DNA of 64,000 nucleotides from Rhina ancylostomus. Lineage: Eukaryota. Location: contig JARFYF010000012.1 in the NCBI GenBank assembly GCA_030265395.1, positions 21,265,069-21,329,068 on the forward strand. Direction: 5' to 3'. The first letter of the stretch is position 1, and the number at the start of each line of letters is the position of its first letter. Position numbers and translations under genes: made by a program. The notes beneath the pieces were generated by a model. It ran no database searches and had not been told where the DNA came from. It saw only the letters and a list, made by a program, of their open reading frames with translations. Shown in pieces: positions 60,331 to 64,000 of the stretch.

Positions 60331-62089
60331 GTATTTTCGTAAATGTATTGAGCTGCTCCCTGAATTGTGTACAACCTTTCATTAATTATTATACCTACTA
60401 GCTGATATTTTAATGTTGGCACATGGAGTAAAAAACATGTAGTTCTAAGAACGTAAGCATGTTGCAAATGAACTCAGTTATAGCATGAGTCACAAATTCA
60501 AATTATTTACGTCATCCAAACAACTCTGGTCATTTTTATTTTAAAAAAGCCAAATTGAAAAGGCAATAAATGTGAATATAATAACTGCCAAAATTATAAT
60601 TGATTTTGCTGGCTGAATGGGCAAAGCCATATACTGCAGGGATCACTGAGAACAGAGGCTGTAAGTAACTTGGCCGATATTAGCAAATGAACATGTTCAC
60701 ATAATAATCATGTTAAACATTTCTCCACTGATCTCAGTTACAGAAATTTCTAAGCCCCAAAATGTGACATCTCACTCCTAGGAAATGTGAGTCAAAAAAA
60801 AAGCTGACTGATTTGGCTTTGTAAATTCAGCCAAAATAAACTTGTTAAATGTCACATTTCTTCCGATTTTGATAACTCAAAAAACACAAAGAATGTGAGG
60901 TTTTGGGTGGGGAGCGGAGGGTGGTATGGCTTTAATATCTTTCACACTTTGCTGAAGGTGTGGTATAGTTCTGCTCAACTGGGAAAAAGGTCTCAAGGCA
61001 GAGCCAGCAGCTGTCTGTTTTGAGCCTCCTCTAATTACATACATGCATCCAAAGTGCTTTCTAAGCAATCTCCTTTGGGAGTGACTCCTGATGGACGAGT
61101 ATGAAAATGTCCTTCTCCGCCCCCACAATACTATCGAAGCATTGAGTACAATGACTCTTCTATAGTTTTAGAAGAAAACAAGTTCAGAGTTGCAGGCAAA
61201 AAAATAAACCCTAGAACAGCAGCTCTGGACAGGTGTCACAGGAGACATCTTATTTGCAACTGAATCAGAACTCGGAAAGTTTTAGGCATCAAATGGTTAT
61301 AAGCAATTGAGTTCACTAGTTGGAGATGAAAATTAATGAAACTTGTCTGGGTCCTCAATAGAGCCACTATTATAGCTATGGCTATTNNNNNNNNNNNNNN
61401 NNNNNNNNNNNNNNNNNNNNNNNNNNNNNNNNNNNNNNNNNCTCACCATCAACACCCACACACCCCACAACTTGAGACAGGCAGGCAGTTCCAATCATAC
61501 TTACACCGTTAACACTGAGCCCAGATCTGAATTGGGGATGTAGCCATGGGGTTGACAGAAGGAAAATCTGCCAACTGGCATTTTTGGCTATGGCCACCAC
61601 CACCACAGTGCTCACTCACTCATTCCCCCTGCCCCAGACCCAGTATTAGAGTATGTCAACAGCTCACAGACAAAACTACAAACCTATAACATGACTTCTC
61701 ATTCCACCCTGGCTGATTAGCAGGATCCTGTGGTCCTCCCATTAATCTGTTAATGGCTGAGTTGCCAAATACACTGCATGGTGGAAAGGCAGCCAAGAGA
61801 TCCAAGCATGCCTGTTGCTCCAATGTAGATTCATTACAGTTGTGGCAGTGAAAAACGACCTTTTGCCGTCAGCAAGGTGTGGGTGGGGGTGGGGAGTCAG
61901 TGTTCTGCCCTCTGCTGGACAGATTGCAAAGAACCAACAGGCAAAAATGGGATTGGCTTCAGCAAGAGTTCCATTTCTGAGCAGGCCATAGAAATTAAGG
62001 AGGGTTCAGACAAAAACGAGAGTGTTATTGGATGGCTCTGCCGTCCATGGAACTGCAGTCTTAGAGGGACAAGCAGTATGAGGGGAAAA

Positions 62090-62270
62090 TAGTTAAGAAG
62101 TTGGGAAGGTTAATTGGATCCTGTGAATTGCCCCTCATTTAAGTGAGTGGCAGGCAATTCGGGTGGGAGGTGGGAGTTGGGGGAGCTAATGGCGATGCAA
62201 GAGGAAAAATGGGATTAGTGTAGATGGGTACTTGATAGTTGGTACAGACTTGTTGGGCTTTATAACTCTA
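62090..62270 (+). mobile_element. V-SINE 3' fragment
   Basis: ggttaattgg..ctgtgaattgcccct..aaaatgggattagtgtagatgggtacttgatagttggtacagacttgttgggc. Confidence 0.55.
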
Positions 62271-62519
62271 AAAGATGTGGCAGGTAGAATTTTAAATATT
62301 TGTTTAATAAAGCTTCACAGTTAATTCTCTTAATCTTGTAGTTTTAAACTGCACTTATATAAATTGGTAAACAAGTAGCCTTCAGTTTGCCACATAATAC
62401 AGTAACTGGAATCATGTAACTGAAAGGAAATTAAGTCTGCGAACCCAGCTTAAAGCACAACAACAAGGGTATGGGCTTTTCTGAAGTTCGGCTGATGAAT
62501 AGATTAATTAAAAGGGACT

Positions 62520-64000
62520 ATTTTAGTTCAAGGCATGGCAGGGCAGTTGATGCACAACTATCATACAAGGGAGTTAATGGAAATCATTGGGATCTACGTC
62601 AATCATATCTGAGGCAGGTGTCTGGAACTTGAGGAACATTGGCTCAGGGTTGATGTGCTAGAGTTCAAGATTTGGGCAGTGCATTGCATTAATGAGGGGG
62701 CAAGTTACCTGGAATCTTCATTCCAGGAAGCAGTCACATCCTTTGGATTAAGTACTGTAGAATTGGTCAGTCAAGAAGGACAAGATGATATGGCAACAAG
62801 TGAGGCAGGTATGGGGACCAGAAAGGAACCCATTGAACCTGCCTAAGAGATGAGGTTCTTGCAACCTGTATGAACAAGAGCAGATAGTGCAGTGGATGAG
62901 TACTGTGGTTTGGGGGGGGGGGGGGGGGCTATTCAAATTGAAGGAGTAAAAAGCAGAGAATAGTATAGTTAGAGAGAGCAAAATTGTTCTCTACAGTTTT
63001 GAGTACAAATCCCAAAGACTTTGTCACCTGCCTGGATCCAGAGGCAAGGATGTCTCCTCAGAGTGGGAGAGGAACTTGAAGTCGGATAAGAAAGACAAAT
63101 TATTGTTGTGATCCTTGTGGAACAAATGAGTTGGAGAGGATAACAGAGTTNNNNNNNNNNNNNNNNNNNNNNNNNNNNNNNNNNNNNNNNNNNNNNNNNN
63201 NNNNNNNNNNNNNNNNNNNNNNNNNNNNNNNNNNNNNNNNNNNNNNNNNNCTGTTGAAGGAGTATGAGCAGTTAAGATCCCAAATTAAAAAGCAGAAGCA
63301 CAAAAAGGTAATAACCTCTGGATTACCACCCTAATGAGCCTTGTATAAACTGGCATTGGGAAAATAAGATCCAAGACTTGAATGTGTGACTCAGTAGACT
63401 GGAGTGGGAGAAATGGGTTTCATTTCATGAGTCATTAGCACTACTACTGGAAAAAAGGAAACTGCTCCATTGGAACAGGTTTCACTTTTAATCATGCCAG
63501 GATTAGTGCCCTATCGAATCAAATAACTACATCTGCAGATAAGGCTTCAAGTAATTAGTAGGGGGGAGGTGGGGAACATTGTGGTGAGGAAGATTTAGTT
63601 AAAGCAAAAGGACAAAGCAATAGAGCAAGGTAGTAAAATGGGCAACAATAACCAGAGGACATGAGGACTAACATGCATATGAACATAGCTCCAGTTAGAG
63701 CAAGAGCAAGGAAATGTGGTAGAGAGACAAATTTAAAGGATCTTTATTTAAATGTATGATGCATTCATAACAGTACAAGAAAAGTAATGGCACAGTTGGA
63801 TACAAATGGACATGATCAAAGAGCCATTGCAGAGACATGTTGCAAAGTGATTCAGCCCTGAGAATTAAATACTCCAGGATACTTAATTTTTAGAGCAGAT
63901 AAGCAAAATGGAAAAGAAGTCAGGATGGCCCTGCCATTATAAAAACAGGGGAAAGACAGTTGAGAGGAAGGACTCAGGCTCCAAAAATCAAGTACAATAA
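62520..64000 (+). mobile_element. CR1 LINE 5' region: ORF1 (SGNH-esterase type) and start of the ORF2 endonuclease, decayed
   Basis: ORF1 remnants CHLPGSRGKDVS, GTNE, LLKEYEQLRSQIK..KKVITSGLP; ORF2 APE remnants LYLNV, AIAET, ELNTPGYLIFRADKQNGK. Stops and frameshifts present. Confidence 0.8.

Noticed and set aside
53603-64000. Upstream small FAM53B coding exon (..TLFSCGIM)
   Set aside because: Not found in this interval; presumably beyond the window end.
1-64000. CRISPR arrays, operons or other prokaryotic systems
   Set aside because: The sequence is eukaryotic intron and intergenic DNA; no regularly spaced repeat-spacer structure was seen.

Overview
Vertebrate genomic DNA from a gappy draft assembly. 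The repeat content (CR1 LINEs, HE1-type V-SINEs, SacSINE1-type DeuSINEs, Penelope-like elements) points to a cartilaginous fish, probably a ray or sawfish-type batoid (inference). The only host gene I can support is the 3' part of FAM53B (simplet) on the minus strand. It has a 788-nt coding exon (53602-52815), a 38.8-kb intron, and a last coding exon (14032-13679, ending ...GELDIEQIENN*) followed by an AT-rich 3'UTR; the upstream exons lie beyond the window end. The rest is intronic or intergenic DNA filled with decayed retroelements and a few DNA-transposon relics. Most notable: (1) Penelope-derived terminal repeats carrying decayed minimal hammerhead-ribozyme cores; (2) a (UG)n-flanked, stop-containing candidate cryptic exon in the FAM53B intron; (3) apparent loss of the STP-x-STP motif in this FAM53B; (4) TE-free, homeodomain-motif-rich blocks that may be conserved enhancers; (5) an unexplained 102-nt-period repeat with an open frame. 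Family assignments come from recalled consensus motifs, not from database searches.
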